A stretch of 36,089 nt of DNA. Origin: an uncultured Candidatus Saccharibacteria bacterium (lineage in GTDB: Bacteria > Patescibacteriota > Saccharimonadia > Saccharimonadales > Saccharimonadaceae). This document shows, one piece after another, positions 10,201 to 19,672 of the stretch. Positions within the stretch are counted from its first letter, which is position 1, and every line of letters begins with the position of its first letter. The stretch spans positions 1-36,089 of the forward strand of contig CALJRR010000032.1 in the NCBI GenBank assembly GCA_937976315.1. The letters run 5' to 3'. Both the position numbers and the translations under genes were made by a program. The notes beneath the pieces are model-generated. The model saw nothing but the letters and a program-made list of their open reading frames with translations. It had not been told where the DNA came from and ran no database searches.

Positions 10201-11189
10201 TGGCTCAGAGTTTGAAAGGACGATCGCTACTGACTTTAAGTGATTATACCGCTGAAGAGATTCGCTTGCTATTGGACACGGCTCGTGAATATCGTCGATT
10301 GAAATATGCCGGCATTCCGCACCGAATTCATGAGGGTAAAAATGTGGCTTTGTTGTTCGAAAAGGCTTCAACGCGAACGCGCTGCGCATTTACGGTGGCT
10401 GCTAATGACCTTGGAGTTGCGCCGGAATACCTCGGTAAAGATGATATTCAATTGGGCAAGAAAGAGACGGTTGAAGATACCGCTAAGGTTTTGGGTCGAA
10501 TGTTTGACGGAATTGAGTTCCGTGGCTTTGATCACGCGACTGTTGAGGAATTGGCGCGTCACGCTGGCGTTCCAGTATGGAATGGATTGACCGATAAGTT
10601 TCATCCAACACAGATTTTGGCTGACTTCATGACAATTGAAGAGCATGTCGGAAAATTGAAGGGAACTAAGCTGGTGTTTGTTGGTGATGGTCGCAACAAT
10701 ATGGCAAATTCGCTGATGATTGGCTCAGCTATTATGGGACTTGATTTCCGTATTTTGGCACCTCGTGAATTGCATCCAGATCAGGCTTTGGTTGATAAAG
10801 CAAATCATTTTGCCAGGTCAAGCCACGCACGTATCACCATCACTGACAACTTCGAAGAAGCTTTGCGCGGTGCTGATGTAATTTACACGGATGTCTGGGT
10901 TTCAATGGGTGAGGAAGATAAGTTTGCTGAGCGCATTAACCAATTGCGACATTTCCAAGTTAATCGCCAGATGATTAACCTGACAGGAAATCCTGAGGTC
11001 AAGTTTATGCACTGCTTGCCAGCATTCCATGACGCATTGACGATTACTGGAAAGAAGATTCAGGAAGATTTCGGTTTAGATTCAATGGAAGTGACGGATG
11101 AGGTGTTCCGCTCGCCACATTCGATAGTTTTTGATCAAGCGGAAAATCGTATGCATACAATCAAGGCTGTGATGGCTTTGACATTGTAG
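10200..11189 (+). CDS. arcB: Ornithine carbamoyltransferase (catabolic)
   Basis: [40 protein letters not shown]. Confidence 0.97.
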   Translation: MAQSLKGRSLLTLSDYTAEEIRLLLDTAREYRRLKYAGIPHRIHEGKNVALLFEKASTRTRCAFTVAANDLGVAPEYLGKDDIQLGKKETVEDTAKVLGRMFDGIEFRGFDHATVEELARHAGVPVWNGLTDKFHPTQILADFMTIEEHVGKLKGTKLVFVGDGRNNMANSLMIGSAIMGLDFRILAPRELHPDQALVDKANHFARSSHARITITDNFEEALRGADVIYTDVWVSMGEEDKFAERINQLRHFQVNRQMINLTGNPEVKFMHCLPAFHDALTITGKKIQEDFGLDSMEVTDEVFRSPHSIVFDQAENRMHTIKAVMALTL

Positions 11190-11228
11190 TTGTTGTCGTA
11201 ATAAGGAGGTTAAGGAGGCTCCGAGGCA

Positions 11229-12773
11229 ATGGTAGAAAAAATTAAAAAAGCAAAGCAGAAGCTTCGATCACCGTCGGCGTTTACTATTTTGTTTGTCGTG
11301 ATCATCGTTATGGCGGCATTGACGTGGGTTGTTCCTTCTGGACTATATAAGACAAACGAAGATGGCGATCGTATAGCTAATTCATATCACGTAGTCGACA
11401 AAGATCGAACCGTCACGGAAGAAAAAGACGGTAAAAAGGAAGAGGCCAAAAAACACGACCAGCAAGGTTTGTGGGACGTCTTTACTGCACCTATTAAAGG
11501 TATGTCAGACAAGCTTGATGTCATCGTCTTCGTGATGGTGCTTGGTGGATTCTTAGGCGTCACTATGAAAACTGGTGCGCTTGATGCTTCTCTTGGTGCA
11601 CTACTTCGAAAGATGAAGGGCAAGGAAAAGTGGCTCATCCCGATTCTGATGATTTTATTTGCTATCGGTGGTACTACTTACGGTATGCAAGAAGAAACTG
11701 TGGCGTTCTATGCGCTCGTCATACCGATGATGATTGCTGCTGGCTATAACGCCATGACTGGTGTGATGGTTATCGTGTTGGGTGCTGGTACTGGTGTGCT
11801 CGGCTCGACAATCAACCCATTCTCTACTGGCGTTGCAGCAAAAACCGCAGACGTGAAATTGGGTAGCGTTATTCCAATAATGTCTATCATCTTAGTACTT
11901 TGTTTGATTGCTGCGATTATCTTTACTATGCGTTACGCCGCAAAAGTTAAGGCAGGCAAGTACAAAGAAGATGTTCGCTACAAGCCAGCTACGGCTGCTC
12001 TCGACACGACAAACGTACCAAAATTTACTGGTCCACGAAAAGTCGTTATGTCTGTGTTTGCTATTACGTTTGTGCTAATGATTCTTTCCTTGATTCCATG
12101 GGGAAGTTGGAATATCACACTCTTCGCTGATATGTTTGAATGGGCTGCAGGTTTGCCAGTCATTGGCGCGGTACTTGGTGTAGTCCACAGTGCGGCATTT
12201 GGTGATTGGTATTTCAATGAAATCACTGCACTATTCCTAATTTCAACAATTGTCATAACCGCAATTTACTACAAAGAATTTAAGAAAGAGGGTGTTTTCC
12301 CGGTTGATACATTTATTGACGGTGTGAAAGATATCTTGCCGGTTGCTCTGATTATCGCAGTGGCAACAGGTGTTTCTGTAGTGATGACTAACGGTGAAAT
12401 TCAGGACACGATCATCAGCTGGGGTGAGTCCCTTCTGAAAGATGCTGGTGGCGGTGTTGTCGGTGTATTGGCGTATCTATTCTACTTGCCAATGTCATTT
12501 ATCGTTCCGTCATCATCAGGTTTGGCGGCAGCAACTATGCCGGTTATCGCGCCAATTGCTGACTTGGTTGGCTCAAGCAAAGAAGTTATGGTTGCCGCAT
12601 TTGCGACAGCGTCTGGCTTGATCAACATGATGGCTCCAACTATCGCGTCATTGATGGGTGGATTGGCCTTGGCTGGCGTTTCATATCGCGACTGGCTAAA
12701 ACGTTCAGCTCCAATTATGGCAGTATTTGCTATTATCAGCATTACAGTTATTGCAATTTTCGGAGCACTGTAG
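11229..12773 (+). CDS. YfcC/DcuC-family transporter, probable arginine/ornithine antiporter
   Basis: PSAFTILF...TWVVPSG, GTTYGMQEET, STINPFSTG, PSSSGLA motifs; position inside the arc operon; AGGAGG RBS. Confidence 0.88.
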   Translation: MVEKIKKAKQKLRSPSAFTILFVVIIVMAALTWVVPSGLYKTNEDGDRIANSYHVVDKDRTVTEEKDGKKEEAKKHDQQGLWDVFTAPIKGMSDKLDVIVFVMVLGGFLGVTMKTGALDASLGALLRKMKGKEKWLIPILMILFAIGGTTYGMQEETVAFYALVIPMMIAAGYNAMTGVMVIVLGAGTGVLGSTINPFSTGVAAKTADVKLGSVIPIMSIILVLCLIAAIIFTMRYAAKVKAGKYKEDVRYKPATAALDTTNVPKFTGPRKVVMSVFAITFVLMILSLIPWGSWNITLFADMFEWAAGLPVIGAVLGVVHSAAFGDWYFNEITALFLISTIVITAIYYKEFKKEGVFPVDTFIDGVKDILPVALIIAVATGVSVVMTNGEIQDTIISWGESLLKDAGGGVVGVLAYLFYLPMSFIVPSSSGLAAATMPVIAPIADLVGSSKEVMVAAFATASGLINMMAPTIASLMGGLALAGVSYRDWLKRSAPIMAVFAIISITVIAIFGAL

Positions 12774-12776
12774 CCT

Positions 12777-13727
12777 ATGGATAAGAAGCGTACTATTGTA
12801 GTAGCGCTCGGTGGTAACGCCCTGCAACGGCAGGGCGAAGCCGCGTCTGAGCAACAACAACGAGTAGCCGATGAAACGGTTCGTCAACTTTTGCCGTTAA
12901 TCCAAGCCGGTCATAACGTAGCAATTGTTCATGGCAATGGTCCTCAGGTTGGCAATATTGTGTTGCACGAAGAGGCGATTAACACGCCAGATGTGCCGAG
13001 CTTGCCGCTGGAAGATTCTGGCGCTATGAGTCAGGGATTGATTGGCTTTTGGTTGCAACAGGCTTTCCATGACGCCTTTATGGTTAATCAAATGAACAAT
13101 CGCGCTGTTAGCGTTATAACTCAAACGATTGTTAGCTTGAGCGATCCAGCATTCCAAAACCCAACCAAGCCAATTGGTCCGTTCTATTCGGAAGACGAGG
13201 CAAAAACCGTCGCTAGCGAACGCGGCTACACAGTAAAAGAAGACGCTGGTCGTGGCTGGCGGCGTGTCGTTCCTTCGCCAAAACCTCAGACAATTGTCGA
13301 GGCTGATGTGATTAAGGCGTTGGTTCATGCTGGTGTGACGGTCGTTTCAACTGGCGGTGGCGGCATTCCTGTTTTGCAAGACGAAACTGGTCAATTAAAA
13401 GGCGTCGCTGCGGTCATTGATAAGGACTTCGGCGCGGCAAAATTGGCGGATCTTTTGGACGCCGATACCTTGCTGATTTTGACTTCGGTTGATGCTGCTA
13501 AAATTAATTTTGGCAAACCAGATGAGCAATCTCTCGGGGAAGTTTCAATAGAAGAACTTCAAAAGCATATTGACGATGGGCAATTTGCGGCAGGTTCGAT
13601 GTTGCCAAAAACTCAGGCTGCCTTGTCGTTCCTGGATGGGAAGTCGGGGCGTACGGCGATTATTACTTCGCTGGATAAAACTGCTGAAGCTATTAGCGGC
13701 TCAGCAGGCACGATAGTCAAATCGTAA
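12777..13727 (+). CDS. arcC: Carbamate kinase
   Basis: VVALGGNAL, HGNGPQVG, PTKPIGPFY, GWRRVVPSP, GGGGIPV, AVIDKD, GSMLPK. Confidence 0.98.
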   Translation: MDKKRTIVVALGGNALQRQGEAASEQQQRVADETVRQLLPLIQAGHNVAIVHGNGPQVGNIVLHEEAINTPDVPSLPLEDSGAMSQGLIGFWLQQAFHDAFMVNQMNNRAVSVITQTIVSLSDPAFQNPTKPIGPFYSEDEAKTVASERGYTVKEDAGRGWRRVVPSPKPQTIVEADVIKALVHAGVTVVSTGGGGIPVLQDETGQLKGVAAVIDKDFGAAKLADLLDADTLLILTSVDAAKINFGKPDEQSLGEVSIEELQKHIDDGQFAAGSMLPKTQAALSFLDGKSGRTAIITSLDKTAEAISGSAGTIVKS

Positions 13728-13734
13728 TAAAAAT

Positions 13735-13774
13735 CAAGAAGTTCCTGTGAATGGCGCAGGAGCTTCTTGTGTTT
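13735..13774 (+). terminator. Intrinsic terminator after the arc operon
   Basis: CAAGAAGTTCCTGTG/CGCAGGAGCTTCTTG hairpin followed by a T-rich tract. Confidence 0.7.
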
Positions 13775-13803
13775 ATGTATGTTTTATTTTATAATATGAA
13801 ATT

Positions 13804-14718
13804 ATGTTGCAATATCTTCGTTCGACAAATAGTGATTCAGTAATTAGCCCGCAAGAAAATTTGCAGTCTGGTTCGTGGGTGCGCTGCGAAAGACCGAGCG
13901 ACGAAGAGGTTTCGCAATTGCTGACACTGGGCTTGGATGAGGATTTGATAAGTGACGCGCTTGATCCACACGAGGTGCCGCGTATTGAGTTTGATGATGA
14001 GTGGACTTATTTGATTGCGCGACTGCCGGACACTGACGACGATTTTAACGATTTTACCACGCCGATTTTATTCTGCATCAATAAAGATCATATTGTGACG
14101 TTGTCCAGAGATAGTTTGGGGCGATTGTGGCAGCCATTTATTGATAAAGTGCGAATTAGGACGGATCGACAAGTTGAGCTTTTGGTGGCGATGGTTGAGG
14201 CAATTTCAATGCAATATCAGCGGCGCGTGGCAACGATTAATCGCCAGATGCGAGCGGCTACGGACAGTATTCATACACTGAGAGTTAATGACATTGCCAC
14301 TCTGGCGGAGTATGAGCGCAAATTGAATGATTATCTTGACGCGTTAATTCCGATGAACTGGGCAATTGAGAGACTTTTGGCGACTCAGAAGTTGCGACTG
14401 AAAGCTGATGATAAGGAAGACGTTGAGGATATTTCGATTGATTTGGAGCAGGTGATTGCGCGTTGTAAAAGTTTGTTGAGGACGATTACTAATGTGCGCG
14501 ACAGCTATAGGGCGGTGATGGATACGCGCCTTAATGAGACGATTCGCCTGCTAACTGTAATTACCGTAGCTCTGACTATTCCGACGATGATCGCTGGACT
14601 ATATGGCATGAACGTGCCGGTTCCAGGCGCCGATAATCCGTTGATGTTTTGGGCGATTACCGCGATCAGTGTAGTGCTGGCATTTGTTGTGGGCTATTAT
14701 TTCCTGCGCCGCCGCTAA
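13804..14718 (+). CDS. CorA family Mg2+/divalent cation transporter (copy 1)
   Basis: DALDPHEVPRIE, LNETIRLLT, IPTMIAGLYGMNV (GMN motif), two C-terminal TM helices. Confidence 0.92.
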   Translation: MLQYLRSTNSDSVISPQENLQSGSWVRCERPSDEEVSQLLTLGLDEDLISDALDPHEVPRIEFDDEWTYLIARLPDTDDDFNDFTTPILFCINKDHIVTLSRDSLGRLWQPFIDKVRIRTDRQVELLVAMVEAISMQYQRRVATINRQMRAATDSIHTLRVNDIATLAEYERKLNDYLDALIPMNWAIERLLATQKLRLKADDKEDVEDISIDLEQVIARCKSLLRTITNVRDSYRAVMDTRLNETIRLLTVITVALTIPTMIAGLYGMNVPVPGADNPLMFWAITAISVVLAFVVGYYFLRRR

Positions 14719-14775
14719 AGTTTAATTGCAATTCGGCAGATTGCTAATATCGCTTATGTATATTATAATTTTCTC

Positions 14776-15696
14776 ATGATGGTGGGCTATTTTGAACGCA
14801 GATCGTTGACTGAAAAGTTGACGCAAGCTCAACGAATGCATAAAAATGGTTGGATTAATTTGACCGGGAGTCTTGATGCTACTCGAGTTTCAAAGGCTTT
14901 GTCGCTGTCTGCTAATATTGTTCGCGATGTACTGGACATCCACGAATTGCCTCGAGCAGAATTTTCTGATGGTGTTGAGTATATTTTTACACGCATACCG
15001 TTTGGTCAAACTGATTCTGGCAAAACGGCACCGTTTTTGATTGCAATTAGCGGCGGTCATTATATTACAATATCGCCTCATGTTAAATTTTCACCTCTGG
15101 AGGTTAGCGATTATTTATTTAGCACAACCGAGCGTCCAGCGGGAGTTTTTGCTGCGAATTTGGCGTATATTATTTCTCAATATGAACAGCGTGTACACTT
15201 GTTAACGGAGCAAATTAGCGATGCTCGCCGGCGACTAAGTCGTCATGAAGTTGAGAATTCGGATTTTATTAAATTTGTCGCAATTGAAGACACGCTCAAT
15301 GAATATCGAAGCAGTTTGGAAGGTATGTCTCGCGTTATTACACAACTAATGGAAAACCGTCGCCATTTATTTAAGACTAGAGATCTGGAAGCCTTGGAGG
15401 ATGTTGATCTGCATATCAGGCAAGTTTTAGTGGCAATCAGTTCCAGCACGCACACAATTTCCAGTATCCAAAACGCTTATTCGACGGTTGCTAATAATAC
15501 GCTGAACCAACGTATGAAGGCGTTGACTGCCATAACAATTCTTCTGGCTATTCCAAATGTTTTTTACGGAATGTATGGAATGAATATCGCGTTGCCATTC
15601 CAGGGAGAGCCTTGGGCGTATCCGGTTATTACCAGTTTTACAGTGTTGTTGATTTTACTTGTTATGTTTGTTGCTAAGCGACTCCGCTTATTCTAA
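14776..15696 (+). CDS. CorA family Mg2+/divalent cation transporter (copy 2)
   Basis: DVLDIHELPRAE, NNTLNQRMKALT, YGMYGMNI (GMN motif). Confidence 0.92.
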   Translation: MMVGYFERRSLTEKLTQAQRMHKNGWINLTGSLDATRVSKALSLSANIVRDVLDIHELPRAEFSDGVEYIFTRIPFGQTDSGKTAPFLIAISGGHYITISPHVKFSPLEVSDYLFSTTERPAGVFAANLAYIISQYEQRVHLLTEQISDARRRLSRHEVENSDFIKFVAIEDTLNEYRSSLEGMSRVITQLMENRRHLFKTRDLEALEDVDLHIRQVLVAISSSTHTISSIQNAYSTVANNTLNQRMKALTAITILLAIPNVFYGMYGMNIALPFQGEPWAYPVITSFTVLLILLVMFVAKRLRLF

Positions 15697-15731
15697 TATA
15701 GATATAATAAGCATTTTCAAAATGTTTTTGC

Positions 15732-15760
15732 TTGACGTGCCAATAAACGTTTGGTAACAT
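15732..15760 (+). promoter_or_regulatory. Sigma70-type promoter upstream of a 30-aa small ORF
   Basis: TTGACG-17 bp-TAACAT with extended TGn. Confidence 0.65.
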
Positions 15761-15858
15761 TGTTAGCGTGTCTCGCGCCGAAGCATTAAATTGCTGATAT
15801 TAAGTGATAAAGGTCGAAGCGCGTGGGGCTGCACATAATAATAAGGAGTGCAAAACAC

Positions 15859-15951
15859 ATGCCAATAGCAATCAAATTTGTGCCATCAAGGCGCAAAAAG
15901 ATCGCGGTGGATGTGGTGCCTGCCGAATGGCAAACATACATAGCACAATAA
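15859..15951 (+). CDS. Putative 30-aa small protein MPIAIKFVPSRRKKIAVDVVPAEWQTYIAQ
   Basis: AAGGAG at 15843-15848, own promoter upstream and terminator downstream; below ORF-track cutoff. Confidence 0.55.
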   Translation: MPIAIKFVPSRRKKIAVDVVPAEWQTYIAQ

Positions 15952-15998
15952 AAAAGTAGTGCGGTCGCTCCAACGATAGAATAGGGACGACTATAAAC

Positions 15999-16031
15999 AA
16001 ATCCCGCTCCAAGGCACCGGAGCGGGATTTT
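15999..16031. terminator. Probable bidirectional intrinsic terminator
   Basis: Perfect 12-bp stem AAATCCCGCTCC/GGAGCGGGATTT between convergent genes. Confidence 0.85.
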
Positions 16032-16049
16032 GGTTTGTGTGAAAATGCG

Positions 16050-16742
16050 TTAATCTTTTACTTCAACGCCAGCTTTTTTCAAGGCTTCCTTGACTGATGA
16101 TTCAATTGAGCCAGAGCTGTCCATCTCGGTATTTTTTCCATTTATGTAGAAAGTTGGTGTTGCGGCAACGCCGTGTTTGCGACCGAGAGCCATATCGAAG
16201 TCGATTTTATTTTTAACCTTGTTGCTGGCAATATCGGTTTTATATTGATCGATATTAAGTTTTAATTGTTCAGCATAAGATTTGAAAATGTTGTCGCGTT
16301 CTGTAGTGTTGGCGTTTTTCCAAGCGTCCTGATTTGCATATAGAAGCTCATTCATCTCCCAGAATTTACCCTGTAAACCAGCAGCTTCAGCCACGGCAGC
16401 GGCAGCTCGTGCGTTAGGGTGTGAGCTGGCAATTGGGAAATTGCGGAAAATTAATCGAACGTGATCTTTGTATTTTTTAGCTAGCGCTTCGGCTTTTGGC
16501 GCAGCGGTGCCGCAGCCAGGACATTGGTAGTCGGCGTATTCGATAATTGTTACTTTGGCGTCTTTGCTACCAATTTCATGATCCGCGATATTGCCATTTC
16601 TTGATTCTGCGCTGATAGCTGTGTTCAGTTGATCGTTATTGATATCGCTAATGTTTAGTCGATTTTGTGTCGAAATATAGACCATTCCACCAACAATCGC
16701 CACTACAATAATTGCGAAAATTATCCAGCTTTTCTTATTCAT
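16050..16742 (-). CDS. DsbA/BdbD family thiol-disulfide oxidoreductase, membrane anchored
   Basis: N-terminal TM; IIEYADYQCPGC, FRNFP, GKFWEM, ATPTFYING. Confidence 0.93.
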   Translation of the reverse strand: MNKKSWIIFAIIVVAIVGGMVYISTQNRLNISDINNDQLNTAISAESRNGNIADHEIGSKDAKVTIIEYADYQCPGCGTAAPKAEALAKKYKDHVRLIFRNFPIASSHPNARAAAAVAEAAGLQGKFWEMNELLYANQDAWKNANTTERDNIFKSYAEQLKLNIDQYKTDIASNKVKNKIDFDMALGRKHGVAATPTFYINGKNTEMDSSGSIESSVKEALKKAGVEVKD

Positions 16743-16795
16743 TTTACCTCCATTTACTCTAGTAAGTATAGCACGGAATGCGGTACAATAAAACT

Positions 16796-17818
16796 ATGAC
16801 GATTGTGCTAATTTTTGGATATTTGGTTACTTTGGCGGCTTTGTTGATAGTGCTGGGAGTTCAGCCGAAAACGTCTTCGCATAGCCAATTTGAGCTGCGG
16901 CGGAGAAGTGGACTAGGCGATGAAAAGGCTAAAATTCTTTTGCGACAAAGAGAATTTTTACGAGATATTATTTCACTGCAGCGCGCCGTGGCTTCTTTAT
17001 GTTTGGTAATTTTAAGTATTATTAGCGTTTATTTGTTCAATTGGGCGGCTGGACTCATTTTGTCAATCATAATAGCCCTAGAAATCGGAGCCGTCGCGCG
17101 AATTGGCTTGTGGCAGAAATATTCACAGCAACTTTATGAAAAATACGAACCGCTAATTTTAACGACAATTGAGCGACATCAAGTAATTTTGTCGCTAATC
17201 CGTTCGGTGTCGCCAGTGGTTGGTGATAGTCGGGTTATTGAATCGAAAGAAGAATTGCTGGAAATGGTAGCTCAGTCCAGCGGAGCGATTTCACCTTCTG
17301 AGAAAAAGCTTATTACTAACGGGCTGAAGTTCAACGATATGAAGGTCGAGGAAATCATGACGCCGCGAAGCATGATTGAATCGGTACCTATAAATGAACT
17401 TCTCGGGCCGCTAGTACTTGATGATCTTCATAAAAAGGGGTATAGCAGATTTCCTGTCATTGATGGCGACATTGACCATGTTGTTGGCATGCTGAGGATT
17501 CAGGATTTGCTGACGATTGATCGCAAAGCAAAATCTCATCGTGCGGAAACAGCCATGAGTAAAGACGTCTATTATATTCGCGAAAATCAAACTCTACAGC
17601 ACGCCTTGGCTGCATTTTTGAAAACGCAGCACCACTTGTTTATTGTTGTAAATGAGTTTCGAGAAACAGTTGGTCTACTGAGCTTAGAAGACGTAATTGA
17701 AGTGCTATTGGGTCAGAAAATAATTGACGAATATGATGTTTATGGAGATATTCGTAAGGCTGCCACGGCTAATCCGCAGAAAAATAATTTACCCACAAAA
17801 ACTCGCCGCGACGTTTAA
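16796..17818 (+). CDS. CNNM/CorC-HlyC family CBS domain membrane protein
   Basis: N-terminal TMs; VEEIMTPR, GYSRFPV, VVNEF..TVGLLSLEDVIE..LG.I.DEYD; start placed 6 nt after TACAAT. Confidence 0.85.
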   Translation: MTIVLIFGYLVTLAALLIVLGVQPKTSSHSQFELRRRSGLGDEKAKILLRQREFLRDIISLQRAVASLCLVILSIISVYLFNWAAGLILSIIIALEIGAVARIGLWQKYSQQLYEKYEPLILTTIERHQVILSLIRSVSPVVGDSRVIESKEELLEMVAQSSGAISPSEKKLITNGLKFNDMKVEEIMTPRSMIESVPINELLGPLVLDDLHKKGYSRFPVIDGDIDHVVGMLRIQDLLTIDRKAKSHRAETAMSKDVYYIRENQTLQHALAAFLKTQHHLFIVVNEFRETVGLLSLEDVIEVLLGQKIIDEYDVYGDIRKAATANPQKNNLPTKTRRDV

Positions 17819-17856
17819 TTCTGGGAATTTGCCTGGATTATGCTATAATAACAGAT

Positions 17857-19635
17857 ATGAAAAATAGAATTTTGGCGGCAGAAACTTCTAAAAAAGTTGG
17901 TGAGAATATTACGGTTGCGGGCTGGGTTCATTCCAGGCGTGATCATGGCGGATTGATTTTTATCGATTTGCGCGACCACACGGGTTTGGTTCAGTTGGTT
18001 ATTAACCCTGATAAAAAAGATGCTTTTTCTTTGGCAGAAAGCTTGCGAGATGAGTTTGTGGTTCGTGCTTGTGGCGTGGTTGCAGAGCGTGGTGAAGGTC
18101 TGAAAAATCCGAATATCGCCAGTGGTGATGTGGAAATTGTTGTGGACAATTTGGAGATTTTGAACCGAGCTGAAACTTTGCCAATTCAGCCATTTGCCGA
18201 GGATAATCAAGCTGGCGAAGAACTAAGATTCAAATATCGTTATCTTGATTTGCGTCGTCCAAAAATGCAAAACATGCTTAAAAAACGCGCCGAAATGTAT
18301 CGTCGAATCCATGAGTATATGGACAATCGAGGTTTTATTGAAATTCAAACGCCAATTTTGGCTAATTCAAGTCCTGAGGGTGCGCGTGATTTTCTGATTC
18401 CGAGTCGTTTGCAGGAAGGGAAGTTTTACGCCTTGCCACAAGCTCCACAGCAGTTTAAGCAGCTGCTGATGGTTGGCGGTGTGCCTCGCTATTATCAGTT
18501 GGCTGCTTGTTTCCGCGACGAAGACCCGCGAGCAGATCGCTTGTATGGCGAGTTTTATCAGCTTGATTTGGAGATGAGTTTTGCTGAAGATGGCGAAGAA
18601 GTTCGTGCTGAAGTCGAACCTTTAATGAAGCAACTAGCAACTGATTTTGCTGGTAAAAAATTGTTGGATTTGAGCGATTTGGCGGTTGGCGATGGCAGTT
18701 CAATTCCGCGAATTTCGTATCGTGATGCCATGGAAACTTACGGTTCTGACAAGCCGGATTTGCGATTTGGTATGGAATTGATAGAACTGACGGATGTGTT
18801 CTCGGAGACTGAGTTTGGCGTATTTAAAAATGCTGAATGCGTTAAGGCTATTTGCGTAAAAAATGGCGCAAGTTTGAGCCGTAAGCAAATTGACAATTTC
18901 ACCAATATCGCTAAGAGTGAAGGCGCTGGCGGTTTGGCGTACATTACATATCAAGACGGTGAAGTAAAATCTCCAATTGCGAAATTCTTGAGTGAGAAGG
19001 AATTAGCTGATATCCAGCAGAAAACTGGTGCGGTTGATGGCGATGCAGTGTTCTTTGGCGCTGATTCTCGCTCGGTTGTTAACGCTGTATTGGGACGCTT
19101 GCGTAATGAATTTGCCTCGCATTTTAATCTTAAAGATCCATCTGTCGTGGCGTTTGCTTGGATTATTGATTTTCCGTTTTACGAATGGGATGAGCGTAGT
19201 AAGAAGCTTGATTTTGGCCATAATCCGTTCAGTATGCCAAAGGGTGGCTTGCAAGCTCTGGAGTCTGCTGAAACTGACGCCAAAAAATTATCCATTGTTG
19301 CTGATCAATTTGATATGGTGATGAATGGCTATGAGATTTGCTCTGGCGGCGTTCGCAATCATAATCCAGCGGTGCTATACAAAGTGTTCGGTTTGCTGGG
19401 CTTTAGTGAATCTTATGTTGAAGAGAAGTTTGGTGCTATGTTGGGCGCTTTCAAATACGGCGCTCCGCCTCACGCAGGATGTGCTTTTGGTGTTGATCGT
19501 ATTTTGATGGAATTGACTGATGAGCAAAACGTTCGTGAGACTCTGGCGTTTCCAAAGAACGGCTCTGGCGTGGATGTAATGATGAATTCGCCATCAGTTG
19601 TTGATCCCGCTCAGCTGCGCGAATTGGGTTTGTGA
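17857..19635 (+). CDS. aspS: Aspartate--tRNA ligase (probably non-discriminating Asp/Asn)
   Basis: GWVHSRRDHGGLIFIDLRD, PEGARDF, ALPQAPQ, CFRDED, GAPPHAG, AFPK. Confidence 0.97.
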   Translation: MKNRILAAETSKKVGENITVAGWVHSRRDHGGLIFIDLRDHTGLVQLVINPDKKDAFSLAESLRDEFVVRACGVVAERGEGLKNPNIASGDVEIVVDNLEILNRAETLPIQPFAEDNQAGEELRFKYRYLDLRRPKMQNMLKKRAEMYRRIHEYMDNRGFIEIQTPILANSSPEGARDFLIPSRLQEGKFYALPQAPQQFKQLLMVGGVPRYYQLAACFRDEDPRADRLYGEFYQLDLEMSFAEDGEEVRAEVEPLMKQLATDFAGKKLLDLSDLAVGDGSSIPRISYRDAMETYGSDKPDLRFGMELIELTDVFSETEFGVFKNAECVKAICVKNGASLSRKQIDNFTNIAKSEGAGGLAYITYQDGEVKSPIAKFLSEKELADIQQKTGAVDGDAVFFGADSRSVVNAVLGRLRNEFASHFNLKDPSVVAFAWIIDFPFYEWDERSKKLDFGHNPFSMPKGGLQALESAETDAKKLSIVADQFDMVMNGYEICSGGVRNHNPAVLYKVFGLLGFSESYVEEKFGAMLGAFKYGAPPHAGCAFGVDRILMELTDEQNVRETLAFPKNGSGVDVMMNSPSVVDPAQLRELGL

Positions 19636-19672
19636 GATTTAACTCATTGAGTTTATGGGAGATGCTCGTAGG

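Noticed and set aside
15766..16030. tmRNA, glycine riboswitch or hammerhead ribozyme (GGGGCTG, CGCCGAAG, CTGATA fragments)
   Set aside because: No T-arm or CCA end and no ALAA-type tag; no GGAGA/CTCAGG partners; core is not CUGANGA...GAAA
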